Assembly (NCBI GenBank): GCA_964016885.1
Contig: OZ024759.1
Span: forward strand, 34,658,001 to 34,722,000
Direction: 5' to 3'
DNA: 64,000 bases
Source: Eledone cirrhosa
Lineage: Eukaryota
Position numbers and translations under genes: made by a program. The notes below the pieces were generated by a model, which was given only the letters and a program-made list of their open reading frames with translations, had not been told where the DNA came from and ran no database searches. Each line of letters begins with the position of its first letter. Within the stretch, counting starts at the first letter, position 1. Shown in pieces: positions 47,255 to 60,070 of the stretch.

Positions 47255-47567
47255 CTTTCACCGTATTTTTGACTAAAGAAATTTTAATCTGATAATGGGG
47301 TTTAGAACCCTCAGGTAAATGGAAAAAGATGAGTATTGACGTACATGGGAGTCGAACCCACATCTTTGGTTATCCAGACCACTGTGCTACCATTCCAGCA
47401 ACACATCATGTGTTGATGTGTTGGTGGAATGGTAGCACAGTGGTCTGGATAACCAAAGATGTGGGTTCGACTCCCATGTACGTCAATACTCATCTTTTTC
47501 CATTTACCTGAGGGTTCTAAACCCCATTATCAGACTAAAATTTCTTTAGTCAAAAATACGGTGAAAG
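47255..47567. repeat. Long near-perfect palindrome with head-to-head tRNA-like units
   Basis: 153-bp arms with 2 mismatches around a 7-nt spacer (47408-47414); left arm abuts (TA)n. Confidence 0.9.
47415..47485 (+). pseudogene. tRNA-like cloverleaf (tRNA-derived element head; mirror copy 47337-47407 on minus)
   Basis: Acceptor GATGTGT/GTACGTC (several G-U pairs), D arm GTG/CAC, anticodon arm TGGT-CTGGATA-ACCA, T arm GTGGG-TTCGACT-CCCAT; GGA anticodon with a short variable loop and T37 is atypical of a real tRNA-Ser. Confidence 0.65.
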
Positions 47568-47615
47568 CTATTCAATTTTCTAATTTCAAACCTGCTCACT
47601 GTTTCAAAACATACT

Positions 47616-47653
<38 letters not shown>

Positions 47654-47733
47654 ATATATATATGCCTGTATGTCTATTTGTGTGTGTATATATATATGTC
47701 TGTGTGTATATTTGTGTATGTATCTGTCTGTGC

Positions 47734-47775
<42 letters not shown>

Positions 47776-47936
47776 CTATTTGTGTGTGTATGTGTCTGTG
47801 TGAATATATATGTATGCCTGTGTGTATATTTGTGTATGTATGTGTCTGTGTATATATATATATATATATATATGTGTCTATTTGTATGTGTGTGTGTGCT
47901 TGTGTGTATATATATATACATGTCTGTGTGTCTATT

Positions 47937-48043
<107 letters not shown>

Positions 48044-48214
48044 CTGTGTGTCTATTTGTGTGTGTATGTGTCTGCGAATGTGTGAGACTGTAGCATGTAT
48101 CTGACTGTGTATATATATATGTGTGTTTCTCTGTATGTGATGTATGTGTGTGTTTATAAATTAGTCTTTGCTGATGTGTATGTGTGTATTTGTATATCTC
48201 TGTGTGTGTCTGTG

Positions 48215-48283
<69 letters not shown>

Positions 48284-48402
48284 GTGTGTATCTCTGTGTG
48301 TTCCTCTCTGTGTGTGTATGGGCGTATGTTTCTCTATGTGTTAGTCTCACATTTGTAACAGTGATGTGTTCAATTACCCCCTATCCCCACCTCTCACCCC
48401 CA

Positions 48403-48830
48403 TCGAGACATTTTATTTCACGATAGAATTTTTTTGAGACGCAGAATACAGAAAATAAATAAAAAATAAATAAATAAATAAAAATAAAAAAAATAAAAAA
48501 AAACATGAAAAAAAAACACATTGCAAGTGCGAGGTATCAACCAACGTCTACATCGACCATATCTGAAACTGAAAGCAAACGTAAACTTCATTTGCTATAG
48601 CAATATGTGAAAACTCATTGTATCCTTGAGCGAGACATTTTATTTCACGATAGAATTTTTGAAACACAATATTAATACAAATACAAATAAGAAAAACATT
48701 TTTTTTTTTTTTTTTAAATCAAAGCCACATTGCAAGTGCGAGGTGTCAACAAACGTCTCCATCGTCCATCTATAAAAGTGGAAGAGAAAGTAAATTTCAT
48801 TTCCTATAGACAATAGACAATATGTGAAAG
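48403..48830. repeat. Diverged tandem duplication, about 228-bp period
   Basis: CGAGACATTT(T)TATTTCACGATAGAATTTTT and CACATTGCAAGTGCGAGGT each occur twice. Confidence 0.8.
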
Positions 48831-49497
48831 CAACAGACATCATAAAATTTATTAAAGACACTTCGCTTCTAAATTCTTGTTATCTCGAGTCCCTCAGCTT
48901 CTCCGCACAACTTTACGCTCAATGGTTCTGCGTCAAAATCTCACCATCATGCTCAACACAGATAAAATGCCTCTTTGAACATGGCTAAATGGGGAATTAT
49001 TCTAATATTTCTTCTTTTAATTCCTCCTCTGTCTTCATATTTCCATCTCATGTAATCTCTGCTCTTTTCTCCCTCCTCAAACTTACTATCTTGCATTCTC
49101 TCTTCTTTTTCTTCTTCTTCTTGGTCTTCTTTTTCTTCGTCGTCTTTTTCTTCTTCTTTTTCTTCGTCTTTTTCGTCCTCTTCTTTTTCTTCGTCTCTTT
49201 TTCTCCTTTTTCTTCTTCGCCGTCTTCTTCTTCGTCTTCTTCGTATTTATCGTCTTCTTCTTCTGCTTCTTCTTCTTCTTCTTCTTCTTCTTCTTTTTCT
49301 TCTTCTTTATCGTCTTCTTTTTCGTCTTCTTTATCGTCTTCTTCTTTTCTTCTTCTTCTCCTTCGTCTTCTTCTTCTCTTTATCCTCTTTCTACTTCTAC
49401 TTCTCCTCCTCCTCCTTCTTCCCAGTGCTGTTGATATCCAGTAATGTCTGTTTTCTGCCGTTGTTGTCTATAACACTTCAGACTAAACTGATCTTAC

Positions 49498-49536
49498 TTT
49501 CTCACATGTCACGTCTAATGTCGTATACTTGACATG
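49498..49536 (-). CDS. Candidate 39-nt exon
   Basis: Acceptor TTTTGCTGTTTATTCCAG, frame HVKYTTLDVTCEK, donor GTAAGA. Confidence 0.25.
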
Positions 49537-49743
49537 CTGGAATAAACAGCAAAATCTATCACGAATAATCACCGGGGCCACGAGGCGACCAGCGCGTTGG
49601 CTGCCATTTGTTCACAATAGTGAGAGATGGAGAGAGCTAGAGAGAGCTGGAGAGACGGAGGCAGTGACAGTGGGAGTTTGGTTCCTTTGTGTTCGGACCT
49701 GGTATATATATATATATATATATCAGGTCCGAACACAAAGGAA

Positions 49744-49782
<39 letters not shown>

Positions 49783-49787
<5 letters not shown>

Positions 49788-49985
49788 AAAAAGTATGACC
49801 CCGACGGCAGAGTTCAAGCCGTTTCGACGGCTATTTCTGGACTCAGTGCGTCCAGAAATAGCCGTCGAAACGGCTTGGGCTCTGCCGTCGGGGTCATACT
49901 TTTTCCTATTACCCACTCTACTACTCTAAGTATTGAGTACTCTGGTGCGTTATGGTCCATCTGGTTCCTTACCACATTTCCTTCG

Positions 49986-49988
<3 letters not shown>
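49783..49988 (+). mobile_element. Family A fold-back element
   Basis: Palindrome 49783-49909 with loop TCAGTGC plus the same tail; (TA)n on both sides. Confidence 0.8.
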
Positions 49989-50042
<54 letters not shown>

Positions 50043-50205
50043 AAGAGCGGAGAATAAGATGGTCGGCTGTACAAAAAGGGTTTTATTTACAGTATTAACA
50101 ATTGTTTCATTAATCAGGTGAGTCTAAAGGCCGCTGATCACTCGAAGTTGCGTCACTCGACCTTAAATACAGTGTGTGTCTCTGATCAAATCATCGGAAT
50201 ACTGT

Positions 50206-50236
<31 letters not shown>

Positions 50237-50345
50237 CACACATACACATATGTACACATATATACATACATACACATATACACATATGTACATACACTCA
50301 CGTACATAGATTCAAATATACACACACACACATACATAGACACTC

Positions 50346-50406
<61 letters not shown>

Positions 50407-50515
50407 AAGAAAGATAGAGAAGCAAACCCACACACACGCACACATGTCCATACTCACACATACACGTACATATTCTGTCCCTCACGATAACTCATTATTC
50501 CTCTCACTCTCTCTC

Positions 50516-50579
<64 letters not shown>

Positions 50580-50629
50580 CATATACTCTTTCTCTTTCAT
50601 TTCAATTTCACATTTCACTATGAAATAAG

Positions 50630-50717
<88 letters not shown>

Positions 50718-51021
50718 CACACACACACAAACATGAACAAATGTACCGTGTATATATGTGTGTGTGTGTACGTGTATATATATATATATATATGTGTGTA
50801 CATGTATATATATATATGTGTGTGTGTGTGCGTGTATATATATATATGTGTGTGTGTATATATATGTGTGTGTGTGTACATGTATATATATATATATGTG
50901 TGTGTGTACGTGTGTATATATATATATATGTGTGTGTGTACACGTATATATGTATATGTGCATACAAACACACATTTTATTAATTATACATACCGTGTTG
51001 ATGAAAATAGTTCCAGTGGTG

Positions 51022-51496
51022 TTAGTAATGGAGGTGGTGGTGGTGGTGGTGGTGGTGGTGGTGGTGGTGGTGGTGGTGGTGGTGGTGGTTGTGGTAGTAG
51101 TATTAGTGGTGGTAGTGGTGGTAGTGGTAGTAGTAGTAATGGTGGTAGTGATAGTAGTAGTAGTGGTGGTGGTGGTGGTGGTAGTAGTAGTAGTGGTGGT
51201 GGTGGTGGTGGTGGTAGTAGTATTAGTGGTGGTAGTGGTGGTAGTGGTAGTAGTAGTAATGGTGGTAGTGATAGTAGTAGTAGTGGTGGTGGTGGTGGTG
51301 GTAGTAGTAGTAGTAGTGGTGGTGGTGGTGGTGGTAGTAGTATTAGTGGTGGTAGTGGTGGTAGTGGTAGTAGTAGTAATGGTGGTAGTGATAGTAGTGG
51401 TAGTGGTGGTGGTGGTGGTAGTAGTAGTGGTGGTGGTGGTAGTAGTATTAGTGGTGGTAGTGGTGGTAGTGGTAGTAGTAGTAATGGTGGTAGTGA

Positions 51497-51541
<45 letters not shown>

Positions 51542-51570
51542 CAGTAATGGTGGTGGTGTGTGGTGGTGAT
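51022..51570. repeat. (GGT)/(AGT) higher-order repeat, about 120-bp period
   Basis: Recurring TATTAGTGGTGGTAGTGGTGGTAGTGGTAGTAGTAGTAATGG block. Confidence 0.9.
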
Positions 51571-51994
51571 GGTGGGAAGATGGTGTTGATGATGATGAAA
51601 GTGAGGGTTGTGTTGATTATGTGGTGGGGATGATGATGATGATGGTGATGATTTTAACAACTCTCACCATCATCATCATCATCTTTCTCCTTCTAATCAT
51701 CATCATCATCATTATTGTTGTTGTGTGATCGTCACCATACCCAGCATCATCATCACCAACATCATCGTCACCAGCAGCATCATCATCATCATCATCACCA
51801 ACATCACCAACATCATCATCATCCCCAACATCACTAACATCATCATCATCATCACCAGCATCATCATCACCAGCATCATCGTCATCACCAACACCATAAT
51901 CATCATCGTCATCACCAATATCACCACCATCACCATCATCACTCTATTCATAAGCATCACCATTATTACCGTTATAATCGATAAAAAAAATCAA

Positions 51995-52027
<33 letters not shown>

Positions 52028-52226
52028 AGTGTGTGTGTATGTGTGTGTTTATACAAAATGGAAGCAGCACTTAGTCGCTCGCCATATTCACACAGTTATC
52101 TCCCCTGGGGAAGATCTCTCTTTAATTTAACTTGCATGAACTCATTTCTTGAAAATAAAAGGGAATTTCATTCATTACAAACATTTTTCGATGTCTCTCC
52201 TTAAATTGCACCAAACCTCAATTGCC

Positions 52227-52269
<43 letters not shown>

Positions 52270-52499
52270 GTTTCTTTATTGGCCACAAGGGCTAACATGA
52301 AGAAAAACATTACAGACGGCACAGAACGGTATAGGACGATACAAAATGGGTCTTGGCAGTGTAAAAAGTTTATAACAAGACAGAAACGTTTAAAATCAAA
52401 TCTAAAAATTTCAAACAACAAAAATTCCCCAAAAAGGGGGAAGTCTCCGAGAGTCACCCGTGGTGAAAAACCACACAAAATACCACAGGGTGACTGGGA
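52227..52499 (-). mobile_element. Probable LINE 3' UTR with AATAAA and (ATT)n tail
   Basis: Reverse complement ends CCCTTGTGGCCAATAAAGAAACC(ATT)n; related terminus at 18848-18872. Confidence 0.5.
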
Positions 52500-53101
52500 A
52501 GGAAAGTGAGAGAGTTGAGAAACACCAGGAGCTGACGATGGAAATCAGGAAACTAAGGAGAATCAGACATGTAAAAGTGGTACCATGTGTGGTTGGTGTA
52601 CTGGGAGTAGTTAGTAGGTTAGACATGTAGAAGTGGTACCATGTGTGGTTGGTGTACTGGGAGTAGTTAGTAGGTTAGACATGTAGAAGTGGTACCAATT
52701 GTGGTTGGTGTACTGGGAGTAGTTAGTAGGTTAGACATGTAGAAGTGGTACCAAGTGTGGTTGGTGTACTGGGAGTAGTTAGTAGGTTAGACATGTAGAA
52801 GTGGTACCAGTTGTGGTTGGTGTACTGGGAGTAGTTAGTAGGTTAGACATGTAGAAGTGGTACCAGTTGTGGTTGGTGTACTGGGAGTAGTTAGTAGGTT
52901 AGACATGTAGAAGTGGTACCAATTGTAGTTGGTGTACTGGGAGTAGTTAGTAGGTTAGACATGTAGAAGTGGTACCAATTGTGGTTGGTGTACTGGGAGT
53001 AGTTAGTAGGTTAGACATGTAGAAGTGGTACCAGTTGTGGTTGGTGTACTGGGAGTAGTTAGTAGGTTAGACATGTAGAAGTGGTACCAATTGTAGTCGG
53101 T
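52500..53101 (+). repeat. 56-bp minisatellite (about 9.5 copies) derived from an RLE-type retrotransposon
   Basis: Unit AGACATGTAGAAGTGGTACCA.TTGTGGTTGGTGTACTGGGAGTAGTTAGTAGGTT from 52565; the upstream frame reads ERVEKHQELTMEIRKLRRIRHVKVVPCVVGVLG. Confidence 0.85.
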
Positions 53102-53833
53102 AAAAATCTTAGACAAATAGATCTTGAATCATAAATGTCTCCCCTACAAAAGAATACCAGGAATCTCCGTGGGGATTACCTGTATGTAAGTCAAAGGATC
53201 AGCCTAGTCAGACATTTATTGTGCTGAATCTCCCTGAGAATTATTACATTAAATAAAGTTACATGCTCTTGTCTAGAATGTTCAGTCACTTGCACGTTAA
53301 TTCATTTCACGGATACTGTGTTTTGTTGATCAGGTCAAACACCAGAGACAGTACAATCATCGCTGCAATCGACGGGGATGCACTACATTTTCTCCTTCCA
53401 TTTAAAAACAAACTAACAAAAAAAGGTTAAAAAAAAATTTAAAAAAGACCGAAAGCGTGTATCAACTTGTCTGTCATAGAAGATGATATGATCTGTGAGT
53501 CTGGTCGAATCAATGTTGTTTATGATGAGCTGAGTTAAGTCGTAATACCAACAAAGAATTAACGATCTGTGAGTGGTTGTACTGGGTCACTGTTATCATT
53601 ACAAGTGTGCACTCATCTAAGCAAATAAACAGAGAATCAAATAAAGAGGGAATCATAATAGAGTCAGGTAAACATGGTTGATTAAAGTCAACGATGGTTT
53701 AACGTGAATAGAATTTACGAGACGTGAAGTCGTTCCAACTGAGCAGCATATCTGCATTTTGTAAGTAGAGTACATATAATCTATAGCAGTAAGGACTTCG
53801 ATATATCGGCGGTAGAAATGTACCGTGTGTGTG

Positions 53834-53913
<80 letters not shown>

Positions 53914-54026
53914 TAGTGATTGATATATATGTGTGTTTGCGTAAGAGTGTGTATGTATGGGTAAATTCTCGATAAGGCTCGGGAGGTGACCACAATTAAA
54001 ATGGTACTAAATACGAAGTGGTTTCT

Positions 54027-54069
<43 letters not shown>

Positions 54070-54216
54070 CATAAGAAACAGAGAATCAGTGGTGCGACGA
54101 ATTAGAATTTATTAGAGATATTACAATCGTTTCGATGGCGACCAGCTCGAGGCACGATCGATGCGATGATCGAACCTGACTCTGATATATATATATATAT
54201 ATATATATTCTATTCT

Positions 54217-54683
54217 AGGGCGGGTAAAATTCCCGAGATAAAATTCCCGGTCTCTGTCCCTCATTATTGTTTCCATATCCTGCGTCTCCAATAGACCAGT
54301 GTCTGTCATTAGGGCATCAGCATACGTTAACCTTGGTCTTCCTCCCCCAGTGTGTCCATGTAGGGGATCCCACAGGAGCACTGAGTGCAGTGTCAACTCT
54401 GGATGTCGGTGAGCATGTCCAGCTAACTTCAGTCTCCTCTGTGTCACTTTTGAGCTGACTTTTGGGAGGCTCCCTTACAGCTCTGAGTTTTTCATCCTCA
54501 GTGTATACTGATTAATGTTCAGAGCCATCCTCAGCATTCTCGTGTGGCACCCATCCACCATCTGAGTGAGTTTCTTGGTCAGTGTCCAAGTCTCAGACCC
54601 GTACAGCAGCACAGACTCCACTACAGCAATGAAGAGGCGGATTTTCAGGTCTTTACGAAGGTCCGACTTCCACACCGATCTCA
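54217..54683 (-). mobile_element. 5'-truncated RTE-clade LINE (post-RT C-terminal region), pseudogenised
   Basis: Translation [34 protein letters not shown]...[14 protein letters not shown]...*...RRLKLAGHAHRH...GRPRLTY is typical of RTE-type ORF ends; one in-frame stop; (TA)n on both sides. Confidence 0.9.
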
Positions 54684-54708
54684 TATATATATATATATAT
54701 ATATTTGT

Positions 54709-54764
<56 letters not shown>

Positions 54765-54820
54765 GCGATTCTTTAAGATGAATATATATATATATATTAG
54801 ACACATACATAGTCACATAC

Positions 54821-54876
<56 letters not shown>

Positions 54877-55412
54877 GTGTGTGTGCAATGAGAGATATAG
54901 ATAGGTAGATAGATAGATTTACCAACGTCAGACAAACACCCGTTCAATAATTGAAATCTTCCTAATAGAATTGTCCTAATTGATTAGGAATCAAATCATG
55001 TCACATGGTCACATGTTGTCACGTGCCATCACATGTCACGTGTTGTCACATGACCCTCACCTTTTTATCTAGACAACTAATTTAAAACATGCCATTTTTC
55101 AAACATACCCACGCCATTTTGTTTTTCTTCCATTTTTTTCGGGGTTTTTTTTCACTTATTTCTCTCTGTTTTTGTTGTTACTGTTAACAGTTATCTTATC
55201 TTTTCTCAGCGTTCATTAGTCACCTCTTTTGAGTAAACTACTAGAGTATATTAATTATACATTATTACCGGCTTTGCTTTAAGAGAAAAATGTGTGTGTG
55301 TATGTTTGTGCGTATGTATGTATGTATGTATGTGTGTGTCTGTGTGTGCGTGTGTGTGTCTGTGTGTGTGTATGTATATATGTGTGTGTGTGTGTCTGTG
55401 TGTGTGTGTATG

Positions 55413-55455
<43 letters not shown>

Positions 55456-55643
55456 ATATATGTGTGTGTGTGTATGTATGTATGTGTGTGTGTGTGTGTA
55501 TGTGTATATATGTGTGTGTGTATGTGTATATGTGTGTGTGTATGTATGTGCGTGTGTGTGCATGTGTGTACCTGTGTGTGTCTGTGTGTACCTGTGTGTG
55601 TGTGTGTGTGTGTGTGTATGTATATATGTGTGTGTCTGTGTGT

Positions 55644-55691
<48 letters not shown>

Positions 55692-56104
55692 ATATATGTG
55701 TGTGTATGTGTGTATGTGTGTGTGTGTATGTGTGTGCGTGTGTGTGTGTGGATGTGTGTGTGTGTTTCCCTCTCTAAAGCTGGGCAAACGAATTCTACTA
55801 AACATCTGAGGCTGTCATTAACAGTGAAGTGTTTATTAAATAAAGAATTTTTCATTATCTCTCTCTCCCCCTCTCTCTCTCTCTCTCTCCTCGTCTCTCT
55901 CTATCTATCTATCTATATCTCTCTCTCTATCTCTATCTCTCTTGCTCTCGAACAGTTTTAAATGTGTTTATTTATATATACGTTTACGTGTATGTATTAC
56001 GTATGTATATATATATACATATGTGCATATGTATATATATATATAAATATACATATATCTGTACGTACATATACATACATAGCTAGTCATTTCTTTGACA
56101 CATA

Positions 56105-56286
56105 TAATTGATTCTACTTTTGGCACAAGGCCAGCAATTACACAGTTCATTACTGGTACTTTATTTTATCGACCCCTTAAGGATGAAAGGCAAAGTTAAC
56201 CTCGGCGGGATTTGAACTCAGAACTTAAAGGGACGTAACTATGCTGGAAAGCATGGCATTCGACCCTCTACTGATACTGCCAATTC
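56105..56286 (-). mobile_element. tRNA-derived SINE, same family
   Basis: CTGGTACTTTATTTTATCGACCCCTTAAGGATGAAAGGCAAAGTTAACCTCGGCGGGATTTGAACTCAG. Confidence 0.85.
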
Positions 56287-56399
56287 ACCACCCTTCACAC
56301 ATATACTTTAGTTTATTCAGAGCGTCTACCTGGCTATCATCCGTGGCCATGTCTTCTCTATTTTGTCCCCCTGGACCAGGAAGCAGACTAACCCTTAAA

Positions 56400-56625
56400 C
56401 TGTTGGCTATCCCTTAATCAGATCCCCTAAAGACATGCCAGGAAGGGCAGCATATCATCTCCATCGATGGAAGATGAAAGACAGCCCAGCATGTGACTGT
56501 TGGGACCCAGATCAGGCAGTACTTCATGTTGTCCAGGATTAGCTCCTCAGCCATTTACCCGGTGGCCTGGAGGTAATCCCTAATACTACAAATGACCCCT
56601 GCGTCTGGCTTGTATATTTAAAATA
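56400..56625 (+). mobile_element. 3' fragment of an I-group (Ingi/Nimb-like) LINE with CCHC knuckle remnant
   Basis: From 56441 reads GRAAYHLHRWKMKDSPACDCWDPDQAVLHVVQD*LLSHLPGGL; the stop sits at the last Cys position. Confidence 0.7.
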
Positions 56626-56800
56626 AAACACACCTTTATAATAATAGCATTTCTAAACATCGAATGGTAATATTGTCTCGTTATATATATATATGAGGGC
56701 GGTTGACCGAGCTTATGGCTGCTAAATGGTTGGCCGCTCTCATGTCTCTGATTTTTAGCACCATGTATTTTGTCTATTATATTCCTTTGTTATATTTCGA

Positions 56801-56858
56801 ATACCTGATGATGTCACCGGATTCATACTGAACCCGGTCATTGAAATGATCATAGTAT
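56801..56858 (+). ncRNA. Type I hammerhead ribozyme, Penelope-like
   Basis: ATAC-CTGATGA-(stem II ACCGG.TTCA/TGAA.CCGGT)-GAAA-TGATCA-TA-GTAT; stem I ATAC/GTAT, palindromic stem III TGATCA, AUA triplet, AATAAA immediately downstream. Confidence 0.7.
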
Positions 56859-57083
56859 AATAAACCTTTTAAGGAATTACACAAGTCCAGCCTCCTGTTA
56901 TTTTATAATAATTAACTCCGTACTCGCACCACCAACAACACAAACGAAGACGGGTGAGTTGCATTACGTCGAGTGCTCTCCATAATATTACATCGAGGTT
57001 GACCATACGGAATGACCAGTCCTATCCAGTGGTGAACCAACAAAACTAAATAAATATATATATGTATATATATATAATAGTAT

Positions 57084-57302
57084 AACACTGGTGTATTATG
57101 TACGTAGTAGTAGAACACTCAGTCCATGGGACGAGTACATGCGTATTCGTACGGTTGCTTTTCCTTTTCCGTACAACTTCATTTATTCCAAGCTGACGAC
57201 CTGAGTTCTCGGTATAGTGAACTAACTGTTGTGTTACTACTTCTACCAAACACATCCCATGGACTGAGTGCTCTACCACTACGGATATTACCTTCCAGTG
57301 TT
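57084..57302. repeat. Element with about 29-bp subterminal inverted repeats
   Basis: 57103-57131 vs 57255-57283 (2 mismatches), plus AACACTGG/CCAGTGTT ends; within (TA)n. Confidence 0.65.
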
Positions 57303-57306
57303 CTAC

Positions 57307-57343
<37 letters not shown>

Positions 57344-57352
57344 CACAAACAA

Positions 57353-57452
57353 TAATTGTTTCTTATTTAGGCACAACGCCAACAATTTTGGGTGATGAGT
57401 GGGAATAGAAAGTCGATTCAATCGCCCTCAGTGAATTACTGGTTCTTTATTT
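57353..57452 (-). mobile_element. Degenerate SINE 3' fragment
   Basis: AATTGTTTCTTATTTAGGCACAACGCCAACAATTTTGGG...ACTGGTTCTTTATTTTAT. Confidence 0.5.
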
Positions 57453-58531
57453 TTATTCTTCTTTGCCTTCTTTTTCTTCCCCTTTTACGTCGTCGTCTTT
57501 ATCCTCCTTCTTTCTCCTTCTTCTTTCTCCTTCTTCTTATGAGGAGAAGAAGGTGGACTTTAATCACCGTATCTGTCACTAAATGATGATTAGCAAATTT
57601 GACCTGAGACAGATTTGAAACTCAGAGCGCACAGACAAGACATAGAGATCCTTCATTAGCCTCACCCACACCACACCACACCCATACCACACTCTCCAAT
57701 TCCAATAGGTTATTATGGAAGACCAAACATAAAATATCCGAGAATATCGCAGTTATATGTGATATATTCTTCATTTAATCTAATAATCTATGCTAACGCT
57801 GGCCATATTAATTGCCACGCCATTTGAGAAGAAGCTACAACGTAAAATTTATAGATTTATATAGTTCCTTGTTGCCGAAAGCATTTATTATATTATATTA
57901 TATTATATTATATTATATTATATTATATATTATTATATTATATTTTTAGATACAGATACAAACATACCACTTTTAGCTAGTTCACAGTTAAAGAGCATCT
58001 GTATGTATATGGGCATATTTTCAAAATGTCTGTCTTAAATATATCTATAAATACATCCTCGTTTCTATTTTCAGATATACTTAGATATGGAAAACGTTAG
58101 ATAAAATATATTGCTTATTTACCCATCAATCTCTTTTAGGTCGGACTCTTGCTTGCTATTACTAGCCAACTATAGAAGCAACAACAGCAACAACAGCAGC
58201 AATAAGTCACAGCTTCTGCTGGAAACCCCACGGCCGCCATTGTGTTGCTTGTAGGCACATTCTTTTTAAGTTGTGTCTTTTTATGATGGCGGTGGCGAGG
58301 ATAATAATGATGTTACTACAACTAACAGTACTGTTAATAGTATTAGTAATGGTGGTAGCGGTAGTAGTAGTGGTAGTAGTAGTATTAATGGTGGTGGTGA
58401 TAGTAGTACTAGTGTACATAAAATATTTCCTACAGAACTTTCAGCTTCATCTATTTAGTTGTGTTCAAAATCTATATCCTCATGAATATGGATAAATATA
58501 TATATATGTGTGTGTGTGTGTATTTATGTAC

Positions 58532-58642
<111 letters not shown>

Positions 58643-58801
58643 AATACACATATATATATGTATATATATACACACATATATATATACATATACACATATA
58701 TATATGTATATATATACACACACACGTATGTATATATATATGTGTGTGTGTGTATATAAATACACACATATATATATATACACACATATATATATACATA
58801 T

Positions 58802-58844
<43 letters not shown>

Positions 58845-59214
58845 TATATACATATACATATATATATATACATACGTATATCTATATACATATATACATA
58901 CTTAAATCCATAATGTTATGTGTATGTATGTATGTGTGTGTCTGTGTGCGTGTATGTATGTGTGTATATATGTGTGTGTGTCTGTTGGTCTGTCTCTCAT
59001 AAAATAGATATTTTAAATAGCGGGACTTTGATAAAACTAATAGATATCCTCAGATATAATTACATCAGTCGTATTATATGTTGTCTTTCCATCGCATTCA
59101 CTACCTTTTAAAAGCTTCTTTTGTTTAAACGCTAAGCCTGGGGTGGTAAATTCCGCCATTGATATCGTCTGCAAATTATCGACAACTGTTGCGGCACATC
59201 ATTGCTTTAATTCA

Positions 59215-59850
59215 CATATTCAACGCCGGCCAAACTATAAATTGGGAAAGTGTATAGTGGTTAGAGTGTTTACTTACTTTGAAATTTGTACCTGTAACGG
59301 CGATTATTCGGAGTGAGTTGAGCTGAATCCATTGAAGGAATTCCCGGCGTAAGTTCATTTCAATTGAGATTCTTTGCTTCAATTCTCACATTCAGCGCTG
59401 CCCTTACTGTAAACTGGGAAGATGCATAGCTTAGTGAAATGGTTCCTATAGTGGGTTCAACAAAGGAATGCCTGGTGCTCCGTAAAAAAAGGTAGAGTAG
59501 TATATTTATATTACAACTATATAACAGTATTAGACTTTGAGGTTCCACAAAAGGTTTCTGAACCAAAAATGGTTCCGCGTTTGAATAGGTTTTGGAAATC
59601 CTGGCTTAGTGGTTAAGATGTTTACTTACTTTTAAACTTGTACATGTAGCAGCATTCACACTGTGTGGATTGAGCCGGTTCCATCGAAGGAATTCACGTT
59701 GGAAGTTCATTTCAATTGAGTTTCTTCACTTCCATTGACAAATCCAACGCCGCCCTAACTTTGAATTGGGAAATTGCATAGCTTAGTGGTTAGGGTGTGT
59801 ATTTACTGTTAAACTTGTACTTGTGGCAGAATTCACCCGATGTGGGTTAA
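59215..59850. repeat. Diverged tandem units of about 180 bp with an internal insertion
   Basis: TAGTGGTTA...TTACT.T.AAA.TTGTAC recurs at about 59255, 59607 and 59784; unrelated sequence at about 59439-59600. Confidence 0.7.
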
Positions 59851-59943
59851 GTCGGCTCTCCAGGTCTGAACTCAACAGATTTCTCTCCAGAGAAGGAGAG
59901 AAAGTGAAAAAGAAAGGAAGCGAGAAAAAGATATAAAGGAAGA

Positions 59944-60070
59944 ATCGACCCCAGTACTAGACTGGTACTTTTTCTATCGACCTCGAATGAATGAAATTCA
60001 ATGTTGACCTTCGCTCTATTTGAACTCAGTGATCAGAGAGGCGGAACAGCCTATCCCACGTTTCTAACGA
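59944..60070 (-). mobile_element. Older SINE copy
   Basis: ATCGACCCCAGTACTAGACTGGTACTTTTTCTATCGACCTC...ATTTGAACTCAG. Confidence 0.7.

Noticed and set aside
47415-47485. Functional tRNA-Ser(GGA) gene
   Set aside because: No long variable arm, pyrimidine at position 37, wobble-rich acceptor stem; better explained as tRNA-derived
50998-51569. Gly/Ser-rich structural protein ORF
   Set aside because: Pure GGT/AGT trinucleotide expansion with no splice or start context
52565-53101. CRISPR-like regular array
   Set aside because: Units are contiguous with no unique spacers, are LINE-derived, and the context is eukaryotic with no cas genes
53710-53780. Possible minus-strand exon
   Set aside because: Weak donor, ambiguous frame, no recognisable product
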